This document shows positions 59,085-64,000 of a stretch of DNA of 64,000 bases, one piece after another. Position 1 is the stretch's first letter; each line of letters starts with the position of its first letter. Origin of the DNA: Macrostomum lignano (taxonomy: Eukaryota). Where the stretch lies: the NCBI GenBank assembly GCA_002269645.1, contig NIVC01000270.1:186001-250000 (forward strand). The letters are read 5' to 3'. The notes beneath the pieces are model-generated. The model was not told the DNA's origin. It ran no database searches and was given only the letters and a program-made list of their open reading frames with translations. A program made the position numbers and the translations under genes.

Positions 59085-62000
59085 TTCCAGATCTCTTCTC
59101 AGATTCCCGATCTCTTCTCAGATTCCCGATCTCTTCTCAGATTCCCGATCTCTTGTCAGATTCCCGATCTCTTCTCAGATTCCCGATCTCTTCTCAGATT
59201 CCCGATCTCTTGTCAGATTCCCGATCTCTTCTCAGATTCCCTCCCGATCTCTTCTCAGATTCCCGATCTCTTCTCAGATTCCCGATCTCTTCTCAGATTC
59301 CCTCCCGATCTCTTCTCAGATTCCCTCCCGATCTCTTCTCAGATTCCCGATCTCTTCTCAGATTCCCGATCTCTTCTCAGATTCCCGATCTCTTGTCAGA
59401 TTCCCGATCTCTTCTCAGATTCCCGATCTCTTCTCAGATTCCCGATCTCTTCTCAGATTCCCGATCTCTTGTCAGATTCCCGATCTCTTGTCAGATTCCC
59501 GATCTCTTCTCAGATTCCCTCCCGATCTCTTCTCAGATTCCCGATCTCTTGTCAGATTCCCGATCTCTTCTCAGATTCCCGATCTCTTCTCAGATTCCCT
59601 CCCGATCTCTTCTCAGATTCCCGATCTCTTCTCAGATTCCCGATCTCTTCTCAGATTCCCGATCTCTTCTCAGATTCCCGATCTCTTGTCAGATTCCCGA
59701 TCTCTTCTCAGATTCCCTCCCGATCTCTTCTCAGATTCCCGATCTCTTGTCAGATTCCCGATCTCTTGTCAGATTCCCGATCTCTTCTCAGATTCCCTCC
59801 CGATCTCTTCTCAGATTCCCGATCTCTTCTCAGATTCCCGATCTCTCAGATTCCCGATCTCTTCTCAGATTCCCGATCTCTTCTCAGATTTCCCGATCTC
59901 TTCTCAGATTCCCGATCTCTTCTCAGATTCCCGATCTCTTCTCAGATTCCCGATCTCTTCTCAGATTCCCGATCTCTTCTCAGATTCCCGATCTCTTCTC
60001 AGATTCCCGATCTCTTCTCAGATTCCCGATCTCTTCTCAGATTCCCGATCTCTTCTCAGATTCCCGATCTCTTGTCAGATTCCCGATCTCTTGTCAGATT
60101 CCCGATCTCTTCTCAGATTCCCGATCTCTTCTCAGATTCCCGATCTCTTCTCAGATTCCCGATCTCTTCTCAGATTCCCGATCTCTTCTCAGATTCCCGA
60201 TCTCTTCTCAGATTCCCGATCTCTTCTCAGATTCCCGATCTCTTCTCAGATTCCCGATCTCTTCTCAGATTCCCGATCTCTTCTCAGATTCCCGATCTCT
60301 TCTCAGATTCCCGATCTCTTCTCAGATTCCCGATCTCTTGTCAGATTCCCGATCTCTCAGATTCCCGATCTCTTCTCAGATTCCCTCCCGATCTCTTCTC
60401 AGATTCCCGATCTCTTGTCAGATTCCCGATCTCTTCTCAGATTCCCAATCTCTTCTCAGATTCCCTCCCGATCTCTTCTCAGATTCCCGATCTCTTCTCA
60501 GATTCCCGATCTCTTCTCAGATTCCCGATCTCTTCTCAGATTCCCGATCTCTTCTCAGATTCCCGATCTCTTCTCAGATTCCCGATCTCTTCTCAGATTC
60601 CCGATCTCTTCTCAGATTCCCGATCTCTTCTCAGATTCCCGATCTCTTCTCAGATTCCCGATCTCTTCTCAGATTCCCGATCTCTTCTCAGATTCCCGAT
60701 CTCTTCTCAGATTCCCGATCTCTTCTCAGATTCCCGATCTCTTCTCAGATTCCCGATCTCTTCTCAGATTCCCGATCTCTTCTCAGATTCCCGATCTCTT
60801 CTCAGATTCCCGATCTCTTCTCAGATTCCCGATCTCTTCTCAGATTCCCGATCTCTTCTCAGATTCCCGATCTCTTCTCAGATTCCCGATCTCTTCTCAG
60901 ATTCCCGATCTCTTCTCAGATTCCCGATCTCTTCTCAGATTCCCGATCTCTTCTCAGATTCCCGATCTCTTCTCAGATTCCCGATCTCTTCTCAGATTCC
61001 CGATCTCTTCTCAGATTCCCGATCTCTTCTCAGATTCCCGATCTCTTCTCAGATTCCCGATCTCTTCTCAGATTCCCGATCTCTTCTCAGATTCCCCCGA
61101 TCTCTTCTCAGATTCCCGATCTCTTCTCAGATTCCCGATCTTCTCAGATTCCCGATCTCTTCTCAGATTCCCGATCTTCTCAGATTCCCGATCTCTTCTC
61201 AGATTCCCGATCTCTTCTCAGATTCCCGATCTCTTCTCAGATTCCCGATCTCTTCTCAGATTCCCGATCTCTTCTCAGATTCCCGATCTCTTCTCAGATT
61301 CCCGATCTCTTCTCAGATTCCCGATCTCTTCTCAGATTCCCAATCTCTTCTCAGATTCCCGATCTCTTCTCAGATTCCCGATCTCTTCTCAGATTCCCAA
61401 TCTCTTCTCAGATTCCCGATCTCTTCTCAGATTCCCAATCTCTTCTCAGATTCCCAATCTCTTCTCAGATTCCCGATCTCTTCTCAGATTCCCGATCTCT
61501 TCTCAGATTCCCGATCTCTTCTCAGATTCCCGATCTCTTCTCAGATTCCCGATCTCTTCTCAGATTCCCGATCTCTTCTCAGATTCCCGATCTCTCAGAT
61601 TCCCGATCTCTTCTCAGATTCCCGATCTTCTCAGATTCCCGATCTCTTCTCAGATTCCCGATCTCTTCTCAGATTCCCGATCTCTTCTCAGATTCCCGAT
61701 CTCTTCTCAGATTCCCGATCTCTTCTCAGATTCCCGATCTCTTCTCAGATTCCCGATCTCTTCTCAGATTCCCGATCTCTTCTCAGATTCCCGATCTCTC
61801 AGATTCCCGATCTCTTCTCAGATTCCCGATCTCTCAGATTCCCGATCTCTTCTCAGATTCCCGATCTCTCAGATTCTCGATCTCTCAGATTCCCGATCTC
61901 TTCTCAGATTCCCGATCTCTCAGATTCTCGATCTCTCAGATTCCCGATCTCTCAGATTCCGATCTCTCAGATTCCCGATCTCTCAGATTCCCGATCTCTC

Positions 62001-64000
62001 AGATTCCCGATCTCTCAGATTCCCGATCTCTCAGATTCCCGATCTCTCAGATTCCCGATCTCTCAGATTCCCGATCTCTCAGATTCCCGATCTCTCAGAT
62101 TCCCGATCTCTTCTCAGATTCCCGATCTCTCAGATTCCCGATCTCTCAGATTCCGATCTCTCAGATTCCCGATCTCTCAGATTCCCGATCTCTCTCAGAT
62201 TCCCGATCTCTCAGATTCCCGATCTCTCAGATTCCCGATCTCTCAGATTCCCGATCTCTCAGATTCTCGATCTCTCAGATTCCGATCTCTCAGATTCTCG
62301 ATCTCTCAGATTCCCGATCTCTCAGATTCCCGATCTCTCAGATTCCCGATCTCTCTCAGATTCCCGATCTCTCAGATTCCCGATCTCTCTCAGATTCCCG
62401 ATCTCTCAGATTCCCGATCTCTCAGATTCCCGATCTCTCAGATTCCCGATCTCTCAGATTCCCGATCTCTCAGATTCCCGATCTCTCAGATTCCCGATCT
62501 CTCAGATTCCCGATCTCTCAGATTCCCGATCTCTCAGATTCCCGATCTCTCAGATTCCCGATCTCTCAGATTCCCGATCTCTCAGATTCCCGATCTCTCA
62601 GATTCCCGATCTCTCAGATTCCCGATCTCTCAGATTCCCGATCTCTCAGATTCCCGATCTCTCAGATTCCCGATCTCTCAGATTCCGATCTCTCAGATTC
62701 CCGATCTCTCAGATTCCCGATCTCTCTCAGATTCCCGATCTCTCAGATTCCCGATCTCTCAGATTCCGATCTCTCAGATTCCCGATCTCTCAGATTCTCG
62801 ATCTCTCAGATTCCCGATCTCTCAGATTCCCGATCTCTCAGATTCCCGATCTCTCAGATTCCCGATCTCTCAGATTCCCGATCTCTTCTCAGATTCCCGA
62901 TCTCTCAGATTCCCGATCTCTTCTCAGATTCCCGATCTCTCAGATTCCCGATCTCTTCTCAGATTCCCGATCTCTCAGATTCCCGATCTCTCAGATTCCC
63001 GATCTCTCAGATTCCCGATCTCTCAGATTCCCGATCTCTCAGATTCCCGATCTCTCAGATTCCCGATCTCTCAGATTCCCGATCTCTCAGATTCCCGATC
63101 TCTCAGATTCCCGATCTCTCAGATTCCCGATCTCTTCTCAGATTCCCGATCTCTCAGATTCCCGATCTCTCAGATTCCCGATCTCTTCTCAGATTCCCGA
63201 TCTCTTCTCAGATTCCCGATCTCTTCTCAGATTCCCGATCTCTCAGATTCCCGATCTCTTCTCAGATTCCCGATCTCTTCTCAGATTCCCGATCTCTTCT
63301 CAGATTCCCGATCTCTTCTCAGATTCCCGATCTCTTCTCAGATTCCCGATCTCTTCTCAGATTCCCGATCTCTTCTCAGATTCCCGATCTCTTCTCAGAT
63401 TCCCGATCTCTTCTCAGATTCCCGATCTCTTCTCAGATTCCCGATCTCTTCTCAGATTCCCGATCTCTTCTCAGATTCCCGATCTCTTCTCAGATTCCCG
63501 ATCTCTTCTCAGATTCCCGATCTCTCAGATTCCCGATCTCTTCTCAGATTCCCGATCTCTTCTCAGATTCCCGATCTCTTCTCAGATTCCCGATCTCTCA
63601 GATTCCCGATCTCTTCTCAGATTCCCGATCTCTTCTCAGATTCCCGATCTCTTCTCAGATTCCCGATCTCTTCTCAGATTCCCGATCTCTTCTCAGATTC
63701 CCGATCTCTTCTCAGATTCCCGATCTCTTCTCAGATTCCCGATCTCTTCTCAGATTCCCGATCTCTTCTCAGATTCCCGATCTCTTCTCAGATTCCCTCC
63801 CGATCTCTTCTCAGATTCCCAATCTCTTGTCAGATTCCCGATCTCTTCTCAGATTCCCGATCTCTTGTCAGATTCCCGATCTCTTCTCAGATTCCCGATC
63901 TCTTCTCAGATCCCTCCCGATCTCTTCTCAGATTCCCGATCTCTTCTCAGATTCCCGATCTCTTCTCAGATTCCCGATCTCTTCTCAGATTCCCGATCTC
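59085..64000 (+). repeat. >4.9-kb array of 19-bp ATTCCCGATCTCTTCTCAG with a 16-bp variant ATTCCCGATCTCTCAG dominating ~61900-63130 (CUB intron 6, runs off the window)
   Basis: Read directly. Confidence 0.97.

Overview
Eukaryotic (metazoan) genomic DNA with GC-rich exons full of poly-Ala/Gln/Gly runs and introns that almost each carry their own minisatellite. This architecture suggests a free-living flatworm such as Macrostomum, which is inference only. Seven spliced genes were reconstructed by hand from splice sites and reading-frame phase: (1) the 3' end of an unknown protein ending in a CaaX box; (2) a signal-peptide/TM receptor with a catalytically dead PTP-like domain (IA-2-like?); (3) CTDSPL2/SCP4-like phosphatase; (4) a divergent type IIA topoisomerase lacking the C-terminal domain; (5) an Otx homeobox gene; (6) a single-pass CUB-like membrane protein gene with in-frame TAG codons; (7) a secreted multi-CUB protein running off the window. 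Mobile elements: a DD34D mariner with two nonsense codons, a Penelope-like GIY-YIG fragment with inverted terminal copies and a hammerhead-ribozyme-like motif, a tRNA-derived CORE-type SINE, an RTE-like LINE fragment and several MITE/foldback elements with TSDs. Three apparent 1-nt deletions in coding G/C runs look like assembly errors. Most long ORFs in the supplied track are artefacts of tandem repeats. The most notable signals are the splice-site-mimicking intronic minisatellites, the truncated divergent Top2, the amber codons in gene 6 and the Penelope hammerhead motif.
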